Sequence record: OR896837.1
Source: Escherichia phage vB_Eco_mar004NP2
Strand: one strand, 5' to 3'
Length of the DNA: 64,000 bases
A model generated the notes under the pieces. That model made no database searches, had not been told where the DNA came from, and saw only the letters and a list, made by a program, of their open reading frames with translations. The position numbers and the translations under genes were made by a program. This document shows, one piece after another, positions 10,032-19,312 of the stretch (its first letter is position 1; each line of letters begins with the position of its first letter).

Positions 10032-10738
10032 ATTGACCTACCTAAAGATCTCTGTTGTGTGGAACAGAGCTTTGCTAAATATTCCTTGAACTGTTCAGAA
10101 TCAGCTGTATCTACCGGATTATCTTTCCAAGCAATACCAATGTACCCAGCATAGATATTTTTTAGATTGAAGTATGGACAAGTGTATATGTAATTAAAAG
10201 TAACGTTTTTAAACGCAGGTATATTTAACCCCATATATTTATTTACTCTTACACTTAAATCCGATGCGTAGTTAAAGCCCTCTAAATGACGTCTGTATAA
10301 TTCAGACGTTTTATTTACCGCTTTATCGGCCAAGTCAGCCCTATCTAATTGCGCATTACTTTCCCATGCAATAATATTGGAATAATCATTGATAGCATCT
10401 GGTTTATACTTGACTACAAAAACAGCATCTGCACCCGTCTGAGAGAAGAGAACCATGCTCTTTTCCCTCGCCACATTAGGGAAGTTATCTATCCTCTGGG
10501 TTTGTAAATCCTGTAAAACTGCAGACGTGGAAAAAGTCTTTAAGAATGACATTACTTCACTAGTATTACTAACAAATAAGAAAATAATGACAGCAACTAA
10601 GATAGTTAGCAGACGTTTAAGAAGCGATGCTGGGTCTTTCGCTTCTTGGAGCAGTACTGTTAATAATTGTAAGAACTTTTCCAATTTGTAACCTCCTCTA
10701 ACCAGTACCATTATACTAATTTTGGAGGAAAATTTCAA
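10028..10738 (-). CDS. putative holin
   Basis: TM segment LLTILVAVIIFLFV; position immediately upstream of and overlapping the endolysin. Confidence 0.5.
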   Translation of the reverse strand: MKFSSKISIMVLVRGGYKLEKFLQLLTVLLQEAKDPASLLKRLLTILVAVIIFLFVSNTSEVMSFLKTFSTSAVLQDLQTQRIDNFPNVAREKSMVLFSQTGADAVFVVKYKPDAINDYSNIIAWESNAQLDRADLADKAVNKTSELYRRHLEGFNYASDLSVRVNKYMGLNIPAFKNVTFNYIYTCPYFNLKNIYAGYIGIAWKDNPVDTADSEQFKEYLAKLCSTQQRSLGRSI

Positions 10739-10840
10739 TGGGTTTTTAAATGTTACACTTGGAGCATAAAATTATGTCGTTGTCAAGAAGAATTTTAGAT
10801 AAAAGAAAAGCCAGGGTACTTAACCCTGGCTTAAAATTAC

Positions 10841-11323
10841 TTACTCTTCGTTGTGCTCCTCAGATTGAGTTAACTGCATTTTATTATATTGCTCAGATCT
10901 ATATTTCGCCAAGATTTCAATACGCTTATGGATTTCCTTGCTATCTAGATAGATATTTTTGTTGTCTTTTACCATCTCGTCTATTTCATCTATTGAGAAG
11001 AACGGATAGTAGACATCTAGCATCATATCTTCTACGAACTTGTTGTAAGATTCATAGGCTTTCTTGATTTCTTGACCTTTCTCACAGAATCCGCCAGAGA
11101 ACGTGTGTCCCATTAGCGTAGCATGTGGATGTACTACCCATCCATGACAGGATAGGAAAATTGTGCAGTAAGCAGAAGCACTAGGACCAACCAGATGTCC
11201 TATAACTGTTCCACGGCAATTAGCAATTAAGTTAGATAACTGTGCAGCAGTATCAACATAACCACCTGGACCATTAATCATCAGATTAATTTCGTCGTCC
11301 TCATTTGCTTGCATAAGTACCAT
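10841..11323 (-). CDS. ClpP-like (S14) serine peptidase, N-terminally interrupted
   Basis: INGPGG, GPSASA and VHPHATLMGH segments align with ClpP catalytic regions; N-terminal part lies in another frame (see findings). Confidence 0.5.
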   Translation of the reverse strand: MVLMQANEDDEINLMINGPGGYVDTAAQLSNLIANCRGTVIGHLVGPSASAYCTIFLSCHGWVVHPHATLMGHTFSGGFCEKGQEIKKAYESYNKFVEDMMLDVYYPFFSIDEIDEMVKDNKNIYLDSKEIHKRIEILAKYRSEQYNKMQLTQSEEHNEE

Positions 11324-11451
11324 TGATAAATCACGGTATTCATCCGGCGGACCGAGTTCTTCATCAAAGAAAAAGGTATACTCATTAGATTGGCGAATGG
11401 AGTGAAACAGGTTAGTCTTTTCTTCTTTTTATTAGTCATAGCGATCCTTGA

Positions 11452-12204
11452 TTATCCAACTAGTGGTTCTAGCTCTAAGTCACAGAAGTTATAAACTTCT
11501 AGTTTAAGGTTATTGATACCATCGAATTTATTAACTAATTCGTGAGTAATATATTTTGCAGGAATACCACTTTCAGATGGATGATCTGATTTAATAGTGA
11601 ACTTCTGCTCAGCTGGTACTACATTTACTATCAAAGAATCCATATCTAAATGGTTTGTTTCTCTGAGTAGCTCTCCTTCATTGAGGAATCTAACATCTGT
11701 TATTACGGCGACATCTGGGTCGTCTTTAGCGATGGATTGCTCCAGAATTATGAGCCAAATGCGTTCATGTACCAGCTGCCTTCCTAGCTCTGTCCCTACG
11801 AGCTGTAACATTTTTCTCGGAGAAATAAATAAACTATAAAGTCCGTCTTCTTTATTCTCTGAGATAAGTTGTTGAGGATTAAGATATTTTTCCTCAAAAA
11901 TCGGCCAAACGTACGAGAAGTCTTCAAACTTATCGATACCGTATTTAAACCATACGTCTCTAGCTCGCTCCAATTGAGATTGTGTGACCGTAAACCATTG
12001 GTCAATCTCTTTTCCCCTGCGCTCTCCTAGAAACTCTGGAGTTACACCGAGGATTACAGATGCAAGTTCATAAACGGGCTTGGCAAAACTGTAACGACGG
12101 GGTAAACACGTTGGATACGTGTCATTACACCAATCGATAATTAATTTTGCAACGGTATCTTTTCCCGAACCAGCTTCACCATGTAAACCGACTAATACTG
12201 ACAT
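11452..12204 (-). CDS. deoxynucleoside monophosphate kinase
   Basis: P-loop GEAGSGKDT at N-terminus; about 250 aa; phage dNMP kinase family. Confidence 0.7.
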   Translation of the reverse strand: MSVLVGLHGEAGSGKDTVAKLIIDWCNDTYPTCLPRRYSFAKPVYELASVILGVTPEFLGERRGKEIDQWFTVTQSQLERARDVWFKYGIDKFEDFSYVWPIFEEKYLNPQQLISENKEDGLYSLFISPRKMLQLVGTELGRQLVHERIWLIILEQSIAKDDPDVAVITDVRFLNEGELLRETNHLDMDSLIVNVVPAEQKFTIKSDHPSESGIPAKYITHELVNKFDGINNLKLEVYNFCDLELEPLVG

Positions 12205-12557
12205 TAATCTTTCCTATTGTTAATTGGTGGATAATATACTAAACAACGTTTTTCTTGCAAATCTTGGCGGTAGAAGCAAACCATACTTGTCAGTCGTAAG
12301 ATATATGAATATTCTGCCTCGCGGCATTTTGCCAACATATTCCAATCTTTATATGGTACGACTACTACTACGCCATCTTCACCGTTTGTAGCTAATTTCT
12401 TTTCAAATTTGAAATCAAAGCTACAAGGTTGAAGTTCTTTAGGCCAGTCCACATGAGCTGTTGGTAGTTCATGGGTAGGTTCTGGCTTTATTTCTTGTGC
12501 ACAGCCTGTGATTGTGATTGCGGCTGCGAGCAGTATTCCAAGTTTCCAGTTAAACAT
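12204..12557 (-). CDS. outer-membrane lipoprotein, putative o-spanin
   Basis: Signal peptide with lipobox LAAAITITGC; overlaps the upstream i-spanin-like gene. Confidence 0.5.
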   Translation of the reverse strand: MFNWKLGILLAAAITITGCAQEIKPEPTHELPTAHVDWPKELQPCSFDFKFEKKLATNGEDGVVVVVPYKDWNMLAKCREAEYSYILRLTSMVCFYRQDLQEKRCLVYYPPINNRKD

Positions 12558-12937
12558 GCTAATCTTTCCTCGAACTCCTTACTCTGCTTTTTAGCAATTA
12601 ATGTAACCAATCCAGGCTTTGCAGCTATAATATCTTGACAACTAAGTGCTTTATCAAGCTGATTAATTTTCTTGTCTAGATCTGCTTGCGAAACATTATT
12701 CATTGTGAAATACTGATTCATTCGAGTCTCACGAAGTTCACTCTCAGCCCTCACATTATTAAGGGAGGTTTCTAGAGAAGAGATCTTTTTAGTAGCTACT
12801 GCAAGATCACCTGCTAGAGTCTCAACCTTATTAACTAAGTGATAAGCACCGAATCCGATGCCTATCGCTAGACCTGCTCCCAGGATATACCACTTACCTT
12901 GCCATATTCCTGAAAGAAGTTTTTGTATCAAATCCAT
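12488..12937 (-). CDS. putative i-spanin
   Basis: N-terminal TM helix then coiled-coil periplasmic region; overlapping lipoprotein partner. Confidence 0.5.
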   Translation of the reverse strand: MDLIQKLLSGIWQGKWYILGAGLAIGIGFGAYHLVNKVETLAGDLAVATKKISSLETSLNNVRAESELRETRMNQYFTMNNVSQADLDKKINQLDKALSCQDIIAAKPGLVTLIAKKQSKEFEERLACLTGNLEYCSQPQSQSQAVHKK

Positions 12938-13592
12938 GTGCTGCTAACCTGTCTTTATCTGATACTTTAATCATATCAGGCTCACCAGTTCCCAGTACAC
13001 CGAAGATATACTGTTCAAGAACTTGGTGTAAACGGTATAAGTTACTTTCAATTTCCTGCCACGGAATACCTGACTGATGGAAACGAATGTTAGTCTGAAT
13101 CACGAAGTTACGAACATCATCGTTATCGTTCTTCTTAATACCTTTCACATATGCAATCGGTACACGCAGTTCGGACAAGATACGTTCTGCTTTAGGTTTT
13201 GCTTCAACGAGCAAATCACGCATTGTTTCACGAACATCTCCACGACTCTTATCCATTAAGTAGGAGCGAGCATGCAATCCCATCTCTTCCATTTTATCGA
13301 ACATAGTGTCGAGGTTGAACGTTTTGAAACTAAATGCTGGGTGCCAGCAGTACAGCTCGTGTAGCCAGTAAACTTCACCTGCAATAAACAGTGGGTTTAC
13401 GAAGTATTCGAAGTCACCACGGAAAGATAGTGAACCCTCACGAAATACTTGGCGAGTATGCACAATGTTCTTTTCTGCATCATCAGTTACCTTAACTAGT
13501 AACTCTTCAGTTTTACGCTCCCAAACACGATCGGGATCAAACAAACTGTTCTGCAAATCATACACATCTGCGAATTTAGAAATGATTCTCAT
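12894..13592 (-). CDS. hypothetical protein (232 aa)
   Basis: ORF. Confidence 0.5.
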   Translation of the reverse strand: MRIISKFADVYDLQNSLFDPDRVWERKTEELLVKVTDDAEKNIVHTRQVFREGSLSFRGDFEYFVNPLFIAGEVYWLHELYCWHPAFSFKTFNLDTMFDKMEEMGLHARSYLMDKSRGDVRETMRDLLVEAKPKAERILSELRVPIAYVKGIKKNDNDDVRNFVIQTNIRFHQSGIPWQEIESNLYRLHQVLEQYIFGVLGTGEPDMIKVSDKDRLAAHGFDTKTSFRNMAR

Positions 13593-13746
13593 ATTTAATC
13601 CTATTGCCTCAATCTATGAGTATGTTATACAAAAGTTTGGGCATCTATGCAACTAAAATTTTATTACAAAAATAGCCCAGTCGCAAAAGTGCAGGCTGGG
13701 CTTTGTCATTATTTGCTTTTGCTAGTAAGTTGACTTAGTGTCAATC

Positions 13747-14127
13747 TTATGTAATATTAGTTTCTCTAGCTTTGCGTAGTACCCCTGCATTTCTCCATAA
13801 TTTGATGTCAGCAACTGTTTCTTTGTACGGAGCAATAGTAGAACCAATTGGGCCAGCAATTAATAACCCAAAGAATCCTATAATACGCATGTAGAATAAA
13901 CATTCTTTGACTGTCATTTTCTCTACTGCCTTTTTCTGCTTTTCATCTTTAAATTCATGTTCCTTGTTGTCGATACGAAGGTATTTGATGAACCATTCAG
14001 CAGAATATTCGTCTAAATGTCTAAGTACAGCTACTGCATACCCAGCACCAATTAAAAACCAAGTGGTAACAAGAATTAATACTATAGTCATATCATCTCC
14101 AGTTAAGGTCAGCGACCAACTCACCAC
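13747..14127 (-). CDS. membrane protein (126 aa)
   Basis: Multiple TM helices. Confidence 0.45.
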   Translation of the reverse strand: MVSWSLTLTGDDMTIVLILVTTWFLIGAGYAVAVLRHLDEYSAEWFIKYLRIDNKEHEFKDEKQKKAVEKMTVKECLFYMRIIGFFGLLIAGPIGSTIAPYKETVADIKLWRNAGVLRKARETNIT

Positions 14128-14201
14128 TTACCGCACTAAGGGGCACGACTCCCTTATCCGTAACAGTTGCAGGTGACGCAACTCGGTCCTACGCGAGTTC
14201 T

Positions 14202-14486
14202 TTAATTATTCTGCATTTCTGCTTTAAATTTTTTCATATTACGAGTTTTTCGGTAATAGAAAAATACAGATGCTGGTCCTAGCAGAATATCCATAATAAA
14301 TAGCACAGACATACCACATCTTAATAGTGTTTTATTGTCAAGAGGTGCTAGATCTAGTGGACGTGTTTTATGTATAACATATAAAAGTACATCTTTGTTC
14401 TTAGAGATATACAGATCATCAATCAAGCTGTAAATAGCAACTATAGACCCAATGACGAACCAAAGAGCAAATGGAGAGATAATCAT
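14202..14486 (-). CDS. membrane protein (94 aa)
   Basis: TM helices; ATGA overlap with an unlisted upstream small ORF. Confidence 0.45.
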   Translation of the reverse strand: MIISPFALWFVIGSIVAIYSLIDDLYISKNKDVLLYVIHKTRPLDLAPLDNKTLLRCGMSVLFIMDILLGPASVFFYYRKTRNMKKFKAEMQNN

Positions 14487-14756
14487 TTCAGATCCTTTTC
14501 CTTAATTAGAATATCAGTAAACAGAGGGGCAAATCCTAAACTCATAGTAGGTCCAAATGTTTTCATAGCTATCCATAACTGCATAGTAATCATGCCATCT
14601 TTAATTTCTGGATCTTTGTATTCCCCAATACGGGTTTTGGCAAAAGCCACTATATCTGGATTATTTTTATTTTCCTGAATATAGTCGTGTCAAAACTGAG
14701 TGTTTTCACTACGTAGGAATGTTAAAATATCCTTAGTTGCTGGAATCTGCACTGTG

Positions 14757-15176
14757 CTATTGATGTTTAGCTTTTTCACGTTCTTCTCTCCGACGTTTGC
14801 ATTCTTTCATCATATGAGCTGCTACTACTTCATGGTAGTGGTCATTAATGTTATCTTCTGGTAAGAAGTGTTTAATAGTCTCTAGTTGACAAATAACTCG
14901 ATGAAGATGGTTATTTGGTAGACACAATTTCATACCTGCAACAAATCCAGAGAAGCCTGGAATACTAAACATAGGTTGGGCTTCTACTCTACCTTCAGAG
15001 TTGATATTAAGCTCAATTGAGATACCCATTTTCATGCTATAAAGCTGGCAATATTCTCCATTACCAGACCTTGACCAAACAGTGAAGTCCTCATCAATTT
15101 GATCTTGGATTTCTGTAATTGCAAATTTAATTCTAGGGTCTAAATTATTCATCTTCACCTTCAAAGTCGCAATCAT
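14757..15176 (-). CDS. hypothetical protein (139 aa)
   Basis: ORF. Confidence 0.45.
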   Translation of the reverse strand: MIATLKVKMNNLDPRIKFAITEIQDQIDEDFTVWSRSGNGEYCQLYSMKMGISIELNINSEGRVEAQPMFSIPGFSGFVAGMKLCLPNNHLHRVICQLETIKHFLPEDNINDHYHEVVAAHMMKECKRRREEREKAKHQ

Positions 15177-15555
15177 AACGACAAGTAAAAGAACTAGAGC
15201 TATTAGTACGTTGAGTAGTTATCTCACCACGTTTGCTAACAGTAACAGCCGGAGTAGAGAAGTTTTTATTAGTATATATTTCTACTTTGCCGTTACGTTC
15301 CTTAACATCACGAACTTTACCATACTCGGTAATAATGCCGTTCTGTTGTACTTTAACATTGCCATTTTTCATAAAAACTTTGGTAGATGCTAGAGAACCG
15401 AAACTAACTGCCGAAACCATCAATGCAATAATAAACTTATTCATCAGTATCTTCCTCATTACAGTCACGGCATACATCATAATCATTGAAGGAATGTTCG
15501 TGAGCTTCACACCACCAAGAACAAGAATCACAGAGGAATATTTCGGTTTTCTCAA
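15145..15555 (-). CDS. secreted/periplasmic hypothetical protein
   Basis: Signal-peptide-like N-terminal hydrophobic stretch. Confidence 0.4.
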   Translation of the reverse strand: MRKPKYSSVILVLGGVKLTNIPSMIMMYAVTVMRKILMNKFIIALMVSAVSFGSLASTKVFMKNGNVKVQQNGIITEYGKVRDVKERNGKVEIYTNKNFSTPAVTVSKRGEITTQRTNSSSSFTCRYDCDFEGEDE

Positions 15556-15718
15556 GTGCTTGGCCTAAAAGATCATCAGCTTCCTCAGCAGTAATCTTCA
15601 ATCCACATACATCTGCCACACGTTCTTTAATTAAGCGACCTGCCTCATGGTAAGACATACAGGTTCCAACAACACTATGCTCGACAACGTGGATAGCACA
15701 GTCTAGACGAGTTTTCAT
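15437..15718 (-). CDS. Cys-rich small protein, possible zinc ribbon
   Basis: CDSCSWWC...CRDC pairs. Confidence 0.4.
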   Translation of the reverse strand: MKTRLDCAIHVVEHSVVGTCMSYHEAGRLIKERVADVCGLKITAEEADDLLGQALEKTEIFLCDSCSWWCEAHEHSFNDYDVCRDCNEEDTDE

Positions 15719-15795
15719 TTCAAACCTCTCCCATCAATTTATATAAATATTATAACAAGAAATTAAGCATCAAGCAACTGCGTTTTTCTTGAAAT

Positions 15796-15874
15796 TGGTA
15801 GATCGCCTGGGACTCGAACCCAGAACCTTCCGATTAAAAGTCGGATGCTACTAAACCTATTGAGCTAGCGATCT
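15796..15874 (-). tRNA. tRNA-Lys (anticodon UUU)
   Basis: Hand fold: acceptor AGATCGC/GCGATCT, T-arm CTGGG-TTCGAGT-CCCAG, anticodon loop CTTTTAA, CCA encoded. Confidence 0.7.
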
Positions 15875-16063
15875 ATTAGTAACCATTATATACTTCTTTA
15901 ATAGAGTGAACTTTCAAGTAAGGGTGATTAATCCCAAACTCCGCCATTACTTCTTTCTCATCTTTTCCATAATGAGCAAGTAAGGATTTTGAGGTATTCT
16001 TACCTAAACGTTTGTCACTTACTACTAATCGAAATACTTTCATTTCGAAATCCTCTATTAAAG

Positions 16064-16140
16064 TGGAAGCGGGTGCAGGAATCGAACCTACCTCTTTCTA
16101 GCTTATGAGACTAGCGATCTCTACCAGAGATCTAACCCGC
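16064..16140 (-). tRNA. tRNA with CAU anticodon (Met or Ile2)
   Basis: Anticodon arm CTAGT-CTCATAA-GCTAG; T-loop TTCGATT; imperfect acceptor stem. Confidence 0.55.
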
Positions 16141-16147
16141 AATTGTT

Positions 16148-16225
16148 TGGTCTCCGTGGGAGGATTTGAACCCACGACCCTATCGCCCCAAACGAAACGC
16201 TCTGGCCAAACTGAGCTACACGGAG
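16148..16225 (-). tRNA. tRNA-Pro (anticodon UGG)
   Basis: Perfect acceptor CTCCGTG/CACGGAG + A + CCA; D-arm GCTC/GAGC; loop TTTGGGG; T-stem imperfect. Confidence 0.55.
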
Positions 16226-16600
16226 AATATTATTTCTTTAACCACAGCAAAGATAAGCCCAGCATACTAAAACCGCTAACTAATCCGATACATTTTTCTT
16301 CTATAGTAAAAGTATCTAGATTAAATGCTGTTATAGCTATTGGTATACACCATAATGCCATAAAAACTTGAGCTATCTTGTGTTTCATTTTGCTTTCCTT
16401 CTCTTCACTTTATAAAATATATTATACAGATAATAAAGCAGAATAGCAAATGAATTTTTAATAAATTTACTTATTGTGTAGGCCACCTGGAGGCTACCAA
16501 CCCCACGGCTGACAAAGAAGTTTGCGAGACCTCTCTTAAATGCCAGAATAGACCCGGCGGGTCTATCGGAACCTACATAATAAGTAAACTTTATAGTGTC

Positions 16601-16720
16601 ATTCTAGACAGGACTCGAACCTATTATCACTTGTGCGGACTTACGAGAACCATTCTTTCACTCGAATCGAACGAGCTTCTGCCCTCGCCAAGCTGGTTTC
16701 CCCATCAACCACGCTAGAAT
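16601..16720 (-). ncRNA. tRNA-like structured RNA, about 120 nt
   Basis: Terminal 7-bp pairing ATTCTAG/CTAGAAT, D-like stem GGTT/AACC, T-arm ATAGG-TTCGAGT-CCTGT, but about 70 nt of extra internal sequence and no canonical anticodon arm. Confidence 0.3.
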
Positions 16721-16842
16721 GTTTGATTGTTTTCAGTGCAAGAGTCCGAGTCTTGGACACGACCGCTTCGCAAGTACATAGGCAGCTTATCATGAGTCAG
16801 CACTTCCGAATTGCTAGCTCCGTGTTCTGCACTGAAATTTTG

Positions 16843-17190
16843 TTAATTTAATAGTAAAGTACGATCTACTTCACCATTAATTGTTCGGCATTCTTCTGGG
16901 ATTGCTGGTGTAGTCTTATATTCCCACCATTCAGAACCATCATATTCACCACGTTCTAACCAAGTTCCATCGGTAAACCATACGTTACCATAAAGCAATT
17001 GTCCGCCGAAACCAGAATCATGTTTAAAGTCTAGATTATCTAGAAAATCTTCAATATCTTTTTCTGTATAACCTACGGGTAATACCCAAACTTCTTTATC
17101 CCCATAATAACCGAATTCTATCTTAATACACTTAACTTCAGAATTAGTATTCTTTAGGGCAAGTAACAATTCTTCTTTAGCATTAATCAT
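16843..17190 (-). CDS. hypothetical protein (115 aa)
   Basis: ORF inside the tRNA region. Confidence 0.45.
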   Translation of the reverse strand: MINAKEELLLALKNTNSEVKCIKIEFGYYGDKEVWVLPVGYTEKDIEDFLDNLDFKHDSGFGGQLLYGNVWFTDGTWLERGEYDGSEWWEYKTTPAIPEECRTINGEVDRTLLLN

Positions 17191-17216
17191 AGCATATTTC
17201 TCGTGCTAGTTTAATT

Positions 17217-17291
17217 TGGTACACCCTGTTCGTATCGAACGAACCTCTCAAGCTCTTCAGGCAAGCGCTAATCCATCTCAGCTAAAGGTGC
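17217..17291 (-). tRNA. tRNA-Phe-like (GAA) candidate, possibly defective
   Basis: 75 nt; acceptor GCACCTT/AGGGTGT with 2 G-U pairs; T-arm GTTCG-TTCGATA-CGAAC; loop CTGAAGA; anticodon stem has two T-T mismatches. Confidence 0.4.
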
Positions 17292-17445
17292 AAATTTTGG
17301 CAGGGGTAAAGGTATTCGAAAGCTTGGGCTTCAGAAGTAGCTCTGGCTAACCTATATCCTTTTTTATATTCATCAGGGTATTCTCTATCTTGAATAAACA
17401 CAACATAAACTATGTATAATTCCACTTGTAATCCCCTAATTAAGT

Positions 17446-17523
17446 TGGTGGCTCCCCGAGGATTCGAACCTACGTACCTTCCGGTTATGAGCCGGGTGCT
17501 CATACCATATGAGCTTGAGAACC
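17446..17523 (-). tRNA. tRNA with CAU anticodon (Met/Ile2), second copy
   Basis: Acceptor GGTTCTC/GGGAGCC + A + CCA; D-arm GCTCA/TGAGC; loop CTCATAA; weak T-stem. Confidence 0.5.
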
Positions 17524-17529
17524 AGAATT

Positions 17530-17619
17530 TGGCGGAAGAAGTGGGAATCGAACCCACAAGGCTATATTTCAAACCGACAGATTAGCAATCTGCTGCAATA
17601 CCGTTATGCTATTCTTCCG
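17530..17619 (-). tRNA. tRNA-Ser (anticodon GCU)
   Basis: Acceptor GGAAGAA/TTCTTCC + G + CCA; loop TTGCTAA; long variable arm; perfect T-arm GTGGG-TTCGATT-CCCAC. Confidence 0.65.
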
Positions 17620-17638
17620 AATTTATAAATATATTATA

Positions 17639-18157
17639 TTAGAAATTTAGCTTCATAGCAAGAAAATTTTTCAAGTTTTCGGTAGACATCTCATCCACAT
17701 CTACAGGAGAAACAAATCCATTTAATTGTCTAGCAAATTTTTCACCAGCAGGATCATTATCCCCAACAGCTACCAATTTAAAAGGTAGTAATTTCAATTG
17801 CTTTAACAACGCTTTTCCGGGGGAAGAACCCAACATTGCCAGGGCTGGATAACCAGCGTTATGTAACGCAACTGCCTTAAATACAGATTCAGCAATCAAT
17901 ACTACTTTTTCGTCTCCATTGAGAGTTTCTAGTCCCCGTACACACTGTGTAGTAGAATAAGTAAAATATCTAGCTTCAAAGGGGCATTTACCATGACCTT
18001 TTGGAGCAGAAGGATTATAAGTCTGATAGCCTCTCAACATCCCAGAGAAGTCATACAATGGGACTGTTAGCCATCCTTCTGGGCTTAGCCAGCAGTGATA
18101 TTTATCTGTATCAAACCCTCTAGATAAGAGATGTTCTGTTAGTTCATCAACAGTCAT
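17639..18157 (-). CDS. Toprim-domain protein
   Basis: Conserved Glu in VVLIAESV and acidic cluster VAVGDNDPAGEKFA resemble the Toprim fold. Confidence 0.45.
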   Translation of the reverse strand: MTVDELTEHLLSRGFDTDKYHCWLSPEGWLTVPLYDFSGMLRGYQTYNPSAPKGHGKCPFEARYFTYSTTQCVRGLETLNGDEKVVLIAESVFKAVALHNAGYPALAMLGSSPGKALLKQLKLLPFKLVAVGDNDPAGEKFARQLNGFVSPVDVDEMSTENLKNFLAMKLNF

Positions 18158-18254
18158 TATTTGATCCCCTAGTTAGTTGTATAAATACATTATACAGAAA
18201 AGCCCTGCGTTCTCCAGGAAACACAGGGCTTACTTCGAATATTACGCGTGGATA

Positions 18255-19203
18255 TTACTTATTACGCATATCCATAATCATCTGGCCATCGTAACCAGTG
18301 CCAACCACAGTCTGCGGTACACCACCTTGATACTTCTGAGCACGAATCATTTCAACTTCTAGTTGCTTCCAGCGAATCATCTCAGGAGTAATGGTACGTT
18401 GCAGCGCGGCGTTAGCTTCAGCTTCTTTCTTAGCTGCGTACAGTTTAGCATCTGCGTCGCGTTCGTTAGCAATAGCTTGGTTATTACGAGCTTCACGGTC
18501 TGCTTCTGCTTGTTTAACTTTCTGCTGAGCTTCTTGTTCAACGCGAGCCAGTTCAGCTTTTGCAGCATTAACTTGCTCTTCACGAACTTTGGTATTCTGT
18601 ACCTGTTCCATGATTACTGGTGGCAAAGTAATATCCTGAAGAAACATCTGCTTAACTGTGTAGCCATATGGGCGTGCATACTCTTCAACTTCCTGTTGAA
18701 TTGCAGTTTGCAATTGAGCCTGAATTTTAGCATCAAATAAATCTTGTGCTTTAGGTACAGACTTACCAAACTCACGAATAGTAGACAGTAATTTTTCAGT
18801 TACATATTTGTCTAATGCTTGATCCTGAGTACCTGCATTAATACGGTTAATCGGTGCCTTAGAACCATCAAACTGCAACATAACAGTCAGGTCAACAGTG
18901 GATTTAAACTTATCCTGGCTAGGAACCTGAAGTTTATCTAATTTTTACAGCAATATCTTTTGTACTAAAAGTATCGAAAGATGCAAATGGGTTTACAGGA
19001 TGGAAACCAGGTAATACTGGGTTAGGATCTACTTTACCAAGAAATGTTTGGGTTTTAACCGTACCATCAGAAACAATAGTATATGAATTAAAAGCTAGGA
19101 TTAAACCTGCTAAACCAACTACAGCACCAATCCCCCAACGTTTAATAGTACGAATTACTTTCTGCTCAGAAGTTAGTTCTTTCATATTTTTAGTATTAAA
19201 CAT
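18255..19203 (-). pseudogene. SPFH/band-7 membrane protein, reading frame interrupted (two ORFs, 18934..19203 and 18255..18881)
   Basis: Upstream ORF gives TM anchor plus first SPFH segment; downstream ORF gives the rest plus coiled coil; frames differ by +1 across an A5 run. Confidence 0.5.
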
Positions 19204-19237
19204 ATATTTCCTTTGTTTTAGTTACAGTTAATAAAAT

Positions 19238-19312
19238 TGGCCGAGGTGACAGGATTCGAACCTGCATAAAGGAATTTAGAAGACTCCTGCCTATCCCTTA
19301 GACTACACCCCG
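19238..19312 (-). tRNA. tRNA-Arg (anticodon UCU)
   Basis: Acceptor CGGGGTG/CACCTCG + G + CCA; anticodon arm GGAGT-CTTCTAA-ATTCC; T-arm GCAGG-TTCGAAT-CCTGT. Confidence 0.6.

Noticed and set aside
11400-11439. Canonical programmed -1 frameshift site in the ClpP-like gene
   Set aside because: The sequence is T-AAA-AAG, not A-AAA-AAG, and I see no obvious downstream pseudoknot; a homopolymer indel is more likely, though slippage is not excluded
14487-14756. Possible gene fusion between the 139-aa ORF and a downstream small ORF
   Set aside because: The upstream ORF ends in a natural basic C-terminus and the downstream frame has an in-frame TGA; more likely a separate small ORF of about 55 aa with a GTG start
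16105-16371. 88-aa and 96-aa ORFs (16105..16371 and 17282..17572) spanning the tRNA genes
   Set aside because: They run through well-folded tRNA sequences; coding would be incompatible with the tRNA calls
16540-16562. Strong hairpin TAGACCC-GGC-GGGTCTA as a terminator
   Set aside because: No T-rich tract follows on either strand; more likely part of a structured RNA or a protein-binding palindrome
16601-16720. Group I intron within a tRNA
   Set aside because: The extra internal sequence is only about 70 nt, far shorter than self-splicing introns, and no P-element-like pairings were evident
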